A DNA stretch of 63,987 bases, the filler included, from Nemertoderma westbladi (lineage: Eukaryota > Animalia > Xenacoelomorpha), in NCBI GenBank assembly GCA_032718475.1. It is 3 parts of 3 records of this genome, joined end to end, with 100 filler letters (N's around TTAATTAATTAA, not from the genome) between each part and the next. Parts side by side here need not be neighbours in the genome. Positions count along the whole stretch, not along the records: positions 20,629 to 46,017 come from JAUCBJ010001390.1; positions 46,118 to 63,987 come from JAUCBJ010006210.1; 1 more part is not named here. One strand, written 5' to 3'. Under the pieces are notes generated by a model, which saw only the letters and a program-made list of their open reading frames with translations, was not told where the DNA came from and searched no databases. The translations under genes and the position numbers were made by a program. Numbering within the stretch: the stretch's first letter is position 1; every line of letters begins with the position of its first letter. This document shows positions 36,715 to 50,077 of the stretch, one piece after another.

Positions 36715-37610
36715 AAGTGACTGTTTATTGTTTTGGTTAGAAAATCCCGCCTCTGTAACCTGCCCCTTTCCCTCGCAATTAGTTAAATTATCGTTTATTG
36801 TTTTGGTTAGAAAGTCCCGTCTCTGTAATCTGCTCCTTTCCCTGATTTGGTACAGTGACCGTTTATTGTTTTGGTTAGAAAGGCCCGCCTCTGTGCTCTG
36901 TAACCTGCCCCTTTCCCTCAATTAGTTAAATGATCGTTCATTGTTTTGGTTAGAAAATCCCGCCTCTGTAACCTGCCACTTTCCCTCAATTAGTTAAATG
37001 ATCGTTTATTGTTTTGGTTAGAAAATCCCGCCTCTGTAACCTGCTCCTTTCCATCAATTAGTTAAGTGATCGTTTATTGTTTTGGTTAGATAATCCCGCC
37101 TCTGTAACCTGCTCCTTTCCCTCAATTAGTTACGTGATCGTTTATTGTTTTGGTTAGGAAATCCCGCCTCTGTAACCTGCTCCTTTCTCCCAATTGGTAA
37201 TGTTATCGTTTATTGTTTTGGTTAGAAAATCCCGTCTCTGTAACCTGCTCCTTTCCCTGATTTGGTAAAGTGACTGTTTATTGTTTTGGTTAGAAACTCC
37301 CGCCTCTGTAACCTGCTCCTTTCTCTGAATTGGTGATGTTATCGTTTATTGTTTTGGTTAGAAAATCCCGTCTCTGTAACCTGCTCCTTTCCCTCAATTA
37401 GTTAAATGATCGTTTATTGTTTTGGTTAGAAAATCCCGCCTCTGTAACCTGCCCCTTTCCCTCAATTAGTTCAATGATCGTCTATTGTTTTGGTTAGAAA
37501 ATCCCGCCTCTGTAACCTGCTCCTTTCCCTGATTTGGTAATGTGACTGTTTATTGTTTTGATTAGAAAATCCGGCCTTAACCTGCTCCTTTCCATCAATT
37601 GGTAATTGTT
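36715..37610. repeat. 68-bp tandem satellite, about 13 copies
   Basis: Unit GTTTATTGTTTTGGTTAGAAAATCCCGCCTCTGTAACCTGCTCCTTTCCCTCAATTAGTTAAATGATC (period checked at 37003/37071). Two units at ~35308-35445; inverted relics at ~52845-52910 and ~53445-53525. Confidence 0.93.
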
Positions 37611-38974
37611 TTTGGCTATAAAATGAGTGTTTTGCTACGTCATGTGGTAATCGATTATCGACAACAATCACAAACTATTAAATTTAGAGTCTTTTTACCA
37701 CAGGCGCATATGGAATTCTATCTCATAGTCTATAAATCATGGAATCATGGAATGTTTTGGCACAGGCATAGTGTAACCAACTGCCCGACAGACCAGAAAT
37801 CAACAAATTTTGAATGTTTTGGCATAGGCATTTTGAAATCAACTGTCTGACAGTCCAGAAATCAGCAGTCTGACAGTTTGAAGAAATACATACATCAAAA
37901 GTTATTAAAAGGACAACAAAAGTCATTAAAAGAACAACAAAAGTCACTATGCACAATTCGTAAAAAAAGGAGGACAAAAAAAGTCAAATAAAAGGACATA
38001 AAAAATCACTGCCGACAAATACTTCAGTACGGTACTGCTGTAATACTGAAACCTAATAACAGAATAAGTAATACAGTAGGACATAGGCAATAATAAATAG
38101 GCAATAGGCCTATAGGTACGAATACTGAAACTGAAGTAGGCATAATACTGTAGGTACATCGGTACGAAACCTAATAACAGAATACGTTGTTCTGAAAGCA
38201 ATACGCCTATCGGTACGAATATTGTAACTGAAGACTGAAGCATGCGCCCATGTCAGCATGTGAAGAATACCAGGATTTAATATAAAATATTTGGTGCTGG
38301 AATAATTTTTTTTTGTTTGACAAGTACTTGTAATTATTTTTGGGGGATGAATAATTGTTTTTGGGGAATCAATAATTGTTTTTGGGGGTAGAATAATTGT
38401 TTTTGTGGGATGAATAATTGTTTTTGGAGGATGAATAATTGTTTTTTGGGGGAAGAATAATTATTTTTGGGGGATGAATAATTGTTTTTGGGGAATCAAA
38501 TATTGTTTTTGGGGGACGAATAATTGTTTTTGGGGGATGAATAATTGTTTTTGGTGGATGAATAATTGTTTTTGGGGAGATATCGGCACGGTAGGAATAG
38601 TTGGGGTATCACACAGTAACCTGGTTACCGGGATATTCAGCCATGACCGGGATAATTTTGATGAAAATGGTAAGACGGTTGGGATTGCATTGCAAATAAC
38701 TACAATAAAATTGGAAAAATTCAATGCTTTTGATTTGGTAACGCAGTCCTTATTAATCTAATAAAGTAAGTGATTGCTGGTCTGTCCATGTTTTCTGTGT
38801 CTTTTGAAACACCCGGTTATATTGTAGTGTTATTGGGGTGTTTACTATTAGGCAGCACTGCAGTACTGCATTTCGCTGATTCAGTGATTCGAATAGGCCT
38901 ATATCTGTTTAAAATTTTATTATTTGCTTCTCGAACCGGCACGACCTGAACTCTGAAAAGACAACAATCAGACA

Positions 38975-41562
38975 ATGGAACGGTTTACTTGTGAGTCGGA
39001 CAACGCATTGGTAATTACCAAATCTATGTTCGTGAACATCTGTTCAGAAAATGACACGTTTGTGCGGAGATTTCTCGAAGAATACTTGGAAGTAAACTCG
39101 TGTTTTCTGGACGATTATGTTGTTAAGAATTGTACGGCTGGTCGCATTACTGAGTGGCTACAGCATTCACTCTCCTATCCCTCTAACAACGCCGCCACCA
39201 TCTCGGCTTTGCCCCAATACATAACTCAATCACCGACCACTGTCCCGACTACCGGGTACCGTAAGACCAGTCTGCCACTGCCGCAGAATCCATTGAGGAC
39301 ATCAGTGACGACAAATGGCGGTACTAGGTTCTGCCACAATGACAATCCTGCGACCGGAATTGGTTTCCACCCTAAATCTCGAAACTCGAATCCACACACG
39401 CCACGTACCGAACCCTCATCCATGCACCCTGTGGTGGGGTTACCATATCTCAACCAGGCAGACCTCCCCGGAAATCAAATACAAATGAACCCCAAACTGA
39501 GTCTGATAGACACCAAACCAAACCCCATTGTATCTGAATCGTCTAATAAGACAGCCAGTTTAACTTTATTATCTGATAACAACATATCGTATACCCCCGC
39601 AGTAACCACAACCAACTCAACCAATAATTCTACACAACCTCTATCAGAGCCATCCGATGCTCCGGAAATCATATTCATTGAGACGGAAGACGAACTGGAA
39701 TATAAACCCGACGTAGGTGAGGTTGGCGATGTCTTAAATGAATTTTTCTTCGATATAAATAGACCACATGGAATCCATATAGACAAATCGACCCCCCACC
39801 CCCACACCACCCAGGGTCTCTCCCCACTCACCAACTACTTAACCCCCATCTCTACTCAGCCTCTAGGCGACTTCGACTTAGACCTTCCCAATACCTACAA
39901 CCTCCATTTCAGACCCAAATCAACAGTTTCCGGTATCGGTGAGTTACTATATGTTAGATTAAACAACATTTAGTCCGTATTGCCTGCATAGGAAAACTTA
40001 TCAGGTTCAGGTAACATTTGATGTGGATGATTTTGCTGAATATTCAAATTAAAATAAAAAATGTCAGTCGATATCACATATGTTAGGCCCTATAGTTAAA
40101 ATTATTTAACTTAAATTAAAAACGGTTCCAGGGATAGGTTGTCGGCAGTCTGCGTAGCGTTTACACCCACTTTGTTCTGCAGGGTGATGAGGTCACGATA
40201 CGATTTTGTTCAAAAATATAAAATGGTAGTTTTGGTGGTGTGATATACAGTAACTTATATCTAAAATTGTCTTTGCATACAAGATAATTCATTGCAAGAT
40301 ATCATTATGGGAATTTGTGTTTGCTTTGAATATTTTGCGACTGCAGAACTTATAATGTGCTAACTCAACGACATTACATTGTTAATAAAATACATTGGTT
40401 TGAGTTTATTTGGCGTCTGATCTGATCTACAACATATTGGATAATGTGTTTGTTTTGAATATTTCGCGACAGCAGAAATTGTAAAGTTCTATCTAGAAGA
40501 CAATATTTTTTTATGATAATACATTGATTGTCTTAAATATGTTGCAATTAAGCATTCAATTTAGCCACCAGTAGCACAATCATGTCTATGTTTCCCTTTT
40601 AGTAATTACATTTCCTTAGGCTGTGGAAATATGCTTTTGCAGCATTTAATACAGTAAATTTTAATTTCAAAAACTTTTTTTTAATTTGAATTGACCTGAT
40701 AATGGAACTGTACAAAATTAATATTTTTTTAAATTATATCTCATCTCATATCTCTATCAGAGGTTCGACATGATTCTAGTATAGGCCTATGTTAAAATGA
40801 AGCGGGGGAAATTACACTACATATACAGTAATAGTACGTATTAAGCCATAAGGCATTTAGGCTGCGCTGGTTCAAATCTTAGAAAAGTCATTCCACAATT
40901 TTTCATTTTTGTAAAACACCTTATTATATATTTGGTATCTCCAATCGGATTAAAACCGATAAAACCGAATCGTATATAAACAAATCGGATATTGTGTTGT
41001 GTTGAATTTTCTATGATTTTCGTGAGTTTTATTGTTCTATTATTACATTATTATAGTGCATTACTTACATATTCTGATATTAATCAATATTCTCCATTAT
41101 TAATCTACTCCATTACTTTCTGTAGGCGGCCAATCACAACCATCCCCCGATGATTCAGACATGCTCACTTCCGACGATGACGTAACACACGGAAGAATGA
41201 ATAATTCCTTCGTCCAACAGCAGTTCAGCTGTAATACTTGTGATAAGACGTTCGCATATAACAGTCAACTAATTACACACCAACGGATCCACACCGGCGA
41301 GCGACCTTACCAATGCTGCATCTGTAACAAACGTTTCTCCCAACTAAATTCCCTAAAGATACACAAACGTACGCATAGTGGAGAGAAACCGTTCGTGTGC
41401 GACACGTGCGGGAAGGGATTTACGCAGAGTAGCAATCTAATGCGCCACAAGAGATTACATACAGGGGAACGACCGTTTAGCTGCGATACATGCGGGAAAT
41501 GTTTTTCCCAACGCCATCATGTATCGAGCCACAAATGTATCCGCAGTGGGGAGACTCTGTAA
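38975..41562 (+). CDS. C2H2 zinc-finger protein (paralog 2); exons 38975-39938 and 41126-41562
   Basis: Donor G|GTGAGT at 39938/39939 (phase 1) fits acceptor TGTAG|GC at 41125/41126 (phase 1). Four fingers with TGERP/SGEKP linkers; S/T/P-rich middle region. Confidence 0.75.
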
Positions 41563-41653
41563 CTGTAATGTTTGTAAGAAACGTTTCTCTACTTCCGGTG
41601 ATATTGTTGGACACAGATAAACTAAAATTCTGTATGTAGTTAGTTGTAGATTA

Positions 41654-41860
41654 TGTGACGGGATCTGAGAATCCCGATTTATCCGGTTATCTTGTTTACG
41701 CGTCCCCGCCGTGTGTGTGAAAAGAGTTCTGATATTATTGAGTTGCTCTGACCATTGTTGGTAACGTATGTATAAATATATATAATAAAGTATAAGCACA
41801 GTTGGCAATAAAGTGATAGTTGAGTACCGGTAATATAGTTGAATGATGATGGCGGCAGTG
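41654..41860 (+). mobile_element. Possible LTR fragment with primer-binding-site-like motif
   Basis: Starts TGTGACGG exactly where homology with the paralog 1 UTR ends, contains AATAAA, and is followed by TGGCGGCAGTGG. No canonical CA end and no second LTR seen. Confidence 0.3.
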
Positions 41861-42917
41861 GACGGTGACAAGAGTTACCGTTCCGCCCTAACTGAACTGA
41901 CTAACTGAGTAAATGAATGTGATACACCGACCGGTAATATACTGCTCTAGTTTGGCCATATTACTCAGCGGATGCCTGCCCCCCATTGGCTGATAACATA
42001 ATTCTCGCCCTCCCATCTCTCTGGGAGTGTTCTCCCCTCACTACTGTCACTCTCTCTCTCTCGGAGGTATAACCTCTGACCCCCTTTGTGTGTGTCCTTT
42101 GGGGTTTCTCGTCCCCGTTTATTGGGGTGATACGAGGTTGATTGGCAATCAACCTCGTGCTCCTAATATTGCTTAAAGCTAACTTTGTGGGGTGGTTAGC
42201 GGAATTGAATTCGCTAACACTCCCCCCCATGCTATCTTCCCGGTGAGAAGATAGCATCCACCTCTAGTGCGCTACAATTCCGCTGGATCCCGATCTACTA
42301 TCGGGTGTGGGGTGGAGCTATTTTTTCGGAGCCGGCTTTCCAGGCCGCTCCCTATGGGTATGATATCGCTACCCCGTCTTGGTACAACTTTACCTATCTT
42401 GCACCAAGACATCTGGCGTCACGTGTCGGGCCGATCGTGCGCTTCTCTCACACAACTTTTGTTTCCCCAACACTTTCACCACTCTAACCCCGCACTTAAC
42501 TGACTCTAAGCACACTCTCATCCTATCTCTCGGACCTCCCTGTCCCTTGTTCTGCCTCTTGCCTCTCCCCCCCCCCCCCCCCCACACTTGAATTGCACCC
42601 ACACTCTCTCCGCGCTATCACTCAACCCCCATCTCAGCCCGCTTACTCCTGACGAGTCTCACCCCCCTCCCTGTGCCGTCGCACTCAGGAAGTGTGAAGT
42701 CGTCCAGCGTCTCGTTTGTCATAGTCAATTGGTCCCCAGTCCCAGTAGCTAATTGGAAAAGGTTATATGGCTATAGTATTTACTTTGATTATATTTGCTT
42801 ACTAGACTAATGATTACTACATACGTACATACTAATTGCACTTTTAATTATTTAAATTTCGCAGTTAGGAGTTCGTACTTCTCACGTGGTGCCTTCCAGG
42901 CATCCCACATCCAAGTC

Positions 42918-45495
42918 CTAGTTCGTTCCACCTGACTTTGGGAACCATCTCCAGTCCTTCCCTCTGTCGTCCTCTTTTCTTGGTCGTTTCCTGGCCGCTG
43001 CTGCTCCCTTGGTCTTATCTCCCTTCAGGCTCTTGACCCTCGCCGTCACCTCTCTACTAATCCCGGTCGTCGACTCCTTGGGCGCTGGTGTTATTAGCTC
43101 CCGATATCGCTTCGCGGGTGGCCCCTCCGAGTGGCCCTGTTGTCTCCCCCTGGTGGCGTCCCATAGGATCACTTTCATCACCCGTGGCACATGCTCCGCC
43201 AAGAAATCTCTGAACTCCCCTCTGTTCTGTGGCATCCACCTGTCCATTTATCACCCCGGCATACGACGCCGCCGTCGCTACCTCCTGGTAGGTAAACAGA
43301 CGTCTCCATTTGATAATCTCCAAGTGGGCCTCCTGGTTGATATTAAAGAAGCCCCACCGGAACTCCTGGGCCTTCATACGTTGCCGAGTCATGGCCCCGA
43401 TGTCGGCCCACTCCTCGAAGATCCTAAACTTCTCTTCGTCGTCCATCCAGTCGCACTGGCGTCCGTAGTGCCCCCGGAAGTTACACTTCGAACACCGGTT
43501 GTGCAACCGTGGACACGCCCCCATCCTGTGGCTCAACTCGCGGCAGTAGAGACAACTAGTCCCTTTCTGGAACCGGTACAGACAGCTCCTTTCCTGGTGG
43601 GTTTGCCTCCCACAGTAATCATAGCCGAGCACCAATGTCTCCCGCCCCACGTCGTCTTTTGTCCCAAGCGATCTCCGCGGTCTGTGGAGTCGCTGGTAAG
43701 CGAACTTTTGGACATTAGCGTCCCTTTCCACGTCTATCTTCTCGCACCTCCCGGGCATCGTCTCCCCGAATACTACCCGTGGTGCCGTTCCCGGTTGCTC
43801 GCCCAACCTGATGGTGCTCCCCGCGAAATCCATCGTCGGCTCCTCATGCACCCAGGCCCGCTTGCCGGGTCTATCCCAGAAGGCCCTCGCCCCACTGGCC
43901 GTCACCACCCTCCCGCCAACCCAGTCCGTGTCCGAGTGGCCGATTCTCCCGATGGGCGGCATCTCTCCGAACTCGTCGTCATCCTCGTCCTCCTCTGGGA
44001 GTGGCTCCAACCCCGGTATCCCGGTGGACCCACTGCGTCCCTTCCCACCTTGGCTCTCGCCCGTGACTTTCCATCCTTCCAGCTCCCCTAGCCTCCTTAG
44101 CGGGTGATTGCCCTCGGTGCCCGCTGGTATGGGCGTCGTCTGCAATCCTGATGTCGACTGTTTCGGTGATTCCACCGTCCACCCTAATTCTCACCCTAGA
44201 GACTCCCCCGAACTCCCTGATGACGTCCAACGAAGTTCGTCTAAGGCCGCCTGTTCCTCGAAGCCGTAGCTCTGCCCTCTAGCTTCTTCCTCCCTTTCCT
44301 CTGCCTCTCTCCTTTCCTCTCTAGCGATTTCTTCCAATCGCTTCGCTTCTCGTCTATCCGCCTCTAGCTGCTCCCATCTCTGATACGGCGTATCCACCTC
44401 CCCGTCTACCAGATGTCGGCAGTTATAGTACACCGACTCGCCCTTCAGCCCCGGGTGGTCTACCAGACCCTCGAAAGCCGTCTTGAAGGCTCTTCTGTAG
44501 TTCAGGGGTGATCCCGATAGCAGGAATGCCGTTGGTTCTTTCCCAATGACGATGGTCATGAATAGGTTTAGCAAACCCATCATTATCCAGTCCTCCTGCA
44601 GGATATATCGCTTCTGATATACCTTTATCGCTCCTCTCCGGAATTGATACACCTCTTGTTTCCCTGGCCTCGCTCCCCACTTCAGCGAGTTTGCCAACTC
44701 CGCTCCGTACTCCTCTCTGAACTTACTCCAGTCCATTGGTTTGTGACACACGAGCCCCATTAGCTGGCCCATCGCCACCGCTCTACAATGGCCTGAGTTC
44801 TCCACTAGTCCCAACCCGTCTGGTGCTGTCATAGCCATGTAGACCGTCTGCATGTCCAGGATGTTGGGGGTGTCCGGACCGATGATTCTCTCCGCATCGT
44901 CGCGGATCGCCGATCCCACCTTCGTCGTTGACTTCTCTCTCACTAGGATTTGCACCGCCTTTGGCAACCGGTTCAACTTCAGCCCGTTCTTCTTTCCATA
45001 CGTCCCTAGATCGAATAGGAATATATCCCCATTTGGCGCGGCCAAATGTAGGAGTATGGTTCTGGCCAACCCCGCCGATCCTCTCCTCAAACCTTCCTCG
45101 TCTTCCACAGTCCCCTCATCGTCTAGGACCATGTATCCTCCCCTGCTGATGGACTCTACGAACCTCTTCCAATCCTTTCTCGGTGGCTCCTTCGCGTACT
45201 TCGGAATCCCGAACTTCGCCTCGTCTCCCTTCACCACGTAGTGGAAATGCTCGAAGATCGCATTGTCCAGCGACGGCGTCCCGTAGGTCCCGACCAGCCG
45301 CTGTTCGTGCACCTTCCTGAAATGGTCCTCTAGCGCTCGCGCTTTGTGACCTCTCTCTAACCGCTCGTAGTATCCCCTCGTCTTCTCTTCCGGATGCCTC
45401 TCGGTGAAATCCACCAGTATCTCCTTTCCTCCTAACTCCGCCTTTCTCTTTCGGACAAGTTTCTCTGCCATCTCGAACTCTCCCCAATGGCTCAC
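42918..45495 (-). pseudogene. DEDDy-type 3'-5' exonuclease + coiled coil + CCHC knuckles; one in-frame TGA and a probable frameshift
   Basis: MVLDDEG...LLHLAAPNGDIFLFDL...LPKAVQILVREKSTTKVGSAIRDD...ILDMQ resembles the WRN/EXD2-like exonuclease. ORFs 44191-45495 and 43057-44175 share a frame. CLYCRELSHRMGACPRLHNRCSKCNFRGHYGRQC knuckles. Confidence 0.65.
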
Positions 45496-46017
45496 CCGTT
45501 AGGTGGTGCCTTGCCAAGGCGCTGTACGGATGAGTGATAAAGTTAGGATGGTTTATTCAGTTCGATAATGGCCTATTTCTCCCAGAAACCTAAGTTATAG
45601 CCTAATTTTCCTAACTAATTTTCTAAAACTACCAAATTGTACTAAATTTCGCAATTTTGTCCGTTACTTTAATTATGTTCCAGAATATTTTCCTACTGTT
45701 ACCATCATTTGTCTAATTTCTACCTTTTATTTTATTTTAATTTAATTCAATCCTACTACTGTGCTACTACTTATTCCTGCCAATGGATTATTCTATTTTA
45801 TAATCCACATTCTGGCCTACTCTGTGGGCTTGTGCAGTACAATAGTATGGGTCGCGTGGCCTACACGATTTATCCAGCTGTACTCACGTGCCCCCCTCTC
45901 GCTACTCACTACTAACTAATACTTATATTATACATACCCTTCTACCACTAACTCTTACTAACCGGTACTACATACCCTCTTACTAACTTCTAACTCCACT
46001 AACTCTTACTAACCGGT

Positions 46018-46117
46018 NNNNNNNNNNNNNNNNNNNNNNNNNNNNNNNNNNNNNNNNNNNNTTAATTAATTAANNNNNNNNNNNNNNNNNNNNNNNNNNN
46101 NNNNNNNNNNNNNNNNN
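46018..46117. other. Artificial contig linker
   Basis: N-run with central TTAATTAATTAA. Confidence 0.95.
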
Positions 46118-46500
46118 GAGTTAATAGATAAATAATAGAGTTAGTAGATAAATAATATAGTTAATATATAAATAATAGAGTTAGTAGATAAATGATATAG
46201 TTAATAGATAAATAATAGAGTAAATAGATAAATAATAGAGTTAGTAGATAAATGATAGAGACAATGGATAAATAATAGAGTTAATAGATAAATAATAGAG
46301 TTAATAGATAAATAATAGAGTTAATAGATAAATAATATATAGATAGATAAATAATAGAGTTAGTAGATAAATAATAGAGTTAATAGATAAATAATAGAGT
46401 TAATAGATAAATAATAGAGTTAATAGATAAATAATAGAGTTAATAGACAAATAATAGAGTTAATAGACAAATAATAGAGTTAATAGATAATAGAGTAATA
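46118..46500. repeat. 20-bp AT-rich minisatellite
   Basis: GAGTTAATAGATAAATAATA repeated; a relic unit lies at ~51465-51488. Confidence 0.93.
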
Positions 46501-47550
46501 GATTTTGTTTTCTATATCTATTTTTTTATTTATAAAGCTACTGTTCTGAAACTTTAACACAAAGATCTGTGATCTTTTACTAAGAAAACTAAGTATGGAT
46601 AGCTTCGTAAACCCGTTTGTTCGAAAAATAGGGCACTTTTTGTGCAGGTCGGTTTTTTTCTAAAATTGTATACTTTTTTAGGCTTTTATAATGTAAAAAA
46701 TAGCGTGTAGAAAGAAGGATCAGTACTACCTCCTGGGTTGAAGTTCTCGGTCCAAGATTTTGGCACAATGAACCTAGGTATAAGGCAATCTTTTATGAAA
46801 ATTTCAGCAAAAATTATTATTTTTGAATAATTTATGGGGACTTTAGTATGTTTGGGCTATTATTTTAGGAATCACATATTTTGTGATAGACAAAGGGTAG
46901 TAGTTCCAAAATCGGTTCTAGAACATTAAAGCTGTCATGTTTAACAAAATAAATACCTACCGGTACTCACGAATGTAGCCCTAAACCTGCTGAACATGAA
47001 AAATAAAAACGTGTAGGAATTTAGTGAGAAAAAATGTCGAAATCGACAAACTGAGAAAAATGTTGTTTTATACAGAGTCATGAATATAAGCCATAAAGAC
47101 TGTTGTTGAAAAGTGCAGTTTTGTGGCGAAAAGTGGGGAAAGCCGATGTCACCACATGAAAGCCCTTCTATCAAACTACAAAAATAGATGAAAACATATA
47201 TTTTTGTAAATTTTCGAAAATTTAACTTGTGTTGTGGTCTTAATTTAATACTACTACTACTACTACTAGGTCGAGCGAACTCGGACAGTGGAAATGAGAT
47301 CCTTCCAGGCTTCCCGATTCTCCATAGTTGTCGCAATTTCGTTTCTCCTAAGTTCAGTATCCCTTTCAAGTTGATCTATATATGTTATGGCCGGTCGTCC
47401 ACGACTACGCTTTCCATGAGGTGGTTGCCAGAAAAGTAGATCTGGTATGACCTCGTCTTTACTTCGCCAGCAGTGCCCACTGAATCTTAATCTGCGTTCA
47501 CGGAGGGTGGTTGATACAGGTGGTATTGTACCATAAAGCTCGGCGTTTGT

Positions 47551-49015
47551 ATACATAGTAGAAATGTACCGAACAACAAGAGTCCCACAAGAAATGAAAA
47601 CAAATAAGTTAGTGCCAGTTCCCAAGAAGGGCAACCTAACACTCTATGGTTCTTTTCGGGGAATCTCATTGATCTCGATTGCTGCAAAGCTATACAATAG
47701 GATTCTATTAAATCGCATCAGGGATCCCATTGAGAGACTGCTCTGTGGAAATCAGAATGGGTTCCGTAAAGGTCGTGGGACCATGGAGCCCATTTTGGCA
47801 CTTAGAAGGATAATTGAAGAATTATCAAAAAAGAAAGACAGGCATCTGGCTGTTATCTTTGTTGACTTCTTCAAGGCCTTTGATTCAGTCTCTCGCTCAC
47901 GTATGTTCAGCATACTTTCATTATATGGGATTCCTGATGAAATTATTGCAGCAATCAGATCAATATACGATGGTTCGACAACATTTGTGTCTACTGTTGA
48001 CGGTGACACAGAACCATTTGAAGTGTTATGGGGCGTCCTCCAAGGAGACACACTTGCACCATTCTTGTTCATTATTGTGGTTGACTATGTTCTACGCATG
48101 TCCTTATATCATCATAATGATGATGGGGTGATGATAACTCTACCTACTGGCTCCAGAAGTCGAGGAAATCCTGCCAAGTACCTAACTGATCTAGACTTTG
48201 CTGATGACTTAGGAGTACTCTCAGAATCATTAGAGGGAGCCCAACGGCTCCTCAGCTCATTAGAACATGCTGCTTCTAGTGTTGGTCTTTTTATTAACTC
48301 CAGAAAGACCAAAATTCTGACAGTTAACTTTGAAAGTCCTCAGCAAGTCTCTGATCGGATGAGCATAAGCTCAAAGGATGGTATGCTTGAGCATGTGGAC
48401 GACTTCTGTTACCTGGGATCATGGATCCGGAAGTCAGGTGAGGACCTTCGAATACGTAAGGGAAAGGCATGGGCAGCCTTGAATAGGCTTTCCAGGATTT
48501 GGAAGTCACCGAGAATTAATCGGAAACTTAAGGTCCAATTATTTAGAGCAGCAGTAGTTCCAGTACTCCTCTACGGGAGTCCATGCTGGGCTCTAACTGC
48601 TGAGGACACCAAATCTCTTGATGGCACATTCACAAGAATGCTACGCCGGGTTCATTGTGTCAAGTACAATGCACACATCTCCAACCAGACACTATTTAAC
48701 ATTGGAGGTGTCTCATTGGTTCCCCCAAGCTTGACACTAGAACAAAATCGCCTCCGCTTTGCAGGACATTGCTTTCGCCGTGAGGACCAGCCAGTGCATA
48801 ATCTTGTACTTTGGCAGCCTCATGGAGTGAATAAGCATGGTGGACAGCCCATGACTTTCTTGAGACGCATCTTAAAGGACACTGGCCTTAAAGATGCGGA
48901 TGATCTAGCAAATGTCATGGGTGATAGGGAGTTGTGGCGGTGCAATTTTGTTGACAAGCCGGCACAGCATTCCTAAAAATGCAGCTGCAATGCAGCATGC
49001 CGATCCTAGTAGTAG
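47551..49015 (+). mobile_element. RTE-clade LINE family B, copy 1 (5'-truncated; ORF 47564-48976)
   Basis: PVPKKGNL...FVDFFKAFDS...GVLQGDTLAPFLF...DFADD...RLRFAGH; ends GATCC-TAGTAGTAG; interrupts family A. Confidence 0.92.
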
Positions 49016-50077
49016 TATGTGTTGTCTCCAGCTAATGTTTAGGGCTGCCCTTAGTAGTCTTGTGTAGCAACCATCAATTCGTTGTTCAAGTGATTTAGTC
49101 AGTGTCCACTGTCCAGGTCTCACCCCCGTATAAAAATACACTTTCCACTGTGGCTCGAAAGAACTTAGTCTTCAGGTGCCTGGAGAGATCTGATTTCCAG
49201 ATGGTATCCATTTTTGATAGAGCTACCCAAGCCTTTGCTTTCCTAACTTCTATGTCCCTTTTTGCTACTCTCTATCCATGATCCAAGGTACTGGAAGTCA
49301 TCGACCTTCCTTAGTTGATTATTATCAATGGTTGTCAAGTTTCCATCAACATTAAAGGTCATGAATTCGGTCTTGGTAGCATTTATATGCAATCCAACCT
49401 CCTTAGCAGCCCTCTCCACTTTATTTAGTAGAAGCTGTGCATCTGCTAGCGTATTAGAGAGCAGGGCGATGTCATCCGCAAAGTCGGTGTCTGTGACTGT
49501 AGTTGCCGGATATCTACTACTTCTGCGTTCTTGAAGTGTGAATCCCAGATCTTCACCCTTTGTGGCCGTCCTTATTGCGTAATCCAGCACAATTACAAAT
49601 AGTAATGGTGCTAATGTGTCGCCTTGCAGTACGCCAGCCAGGATTGAGAAAAACTCAGTTTCACCATCTGGTGAGAGTACCTGCGCTTCTGTGTCACAAT
49701 ATAACAATCCAATGCCAGCAACAATTACTTCTGGTATTCCATAAGATCTTAGGATTTCAAGCATTTTACCTCTATGGATGGAGTCGAATGCCTTCTTGAA
49801 GTCCACAAAAGTCATGACTGCGGGGAGATTCTTTGACTTAATTCCTTCAATCAGTCACCGTAGTGCAAGTATCTGAGCTATTGTTGATCTACTTGGTCGA
49901 AATCCGTTTTGGCTCTTACGCAGTAGTTTCTCTATGTGAGGCCTAATCCTATATAGAATCATTTTATTGTATATTTTGGCAGCTACCACAAGCAGACAGA
50001 TCCCACGATAGTTTGTTGGTATGCCGAGGTCTCCTTTCTTGGGGAGAGGCTTTAGTTGACCTTTAGTCCAAATTGGT

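Noticed and set aside
42645-42720. CTGACGA as a hammerhead core (also CTGATGA at ~44217, ~32722, ~47934)
   Set aside because: No stem II followed by GAAA; most lie inside coding sequence.
43009-44091. 360-aa plus-strand ORF
   Set aside because: Antisense shadow of the GC-rich minus-strand ORF with no recognisable motifs.
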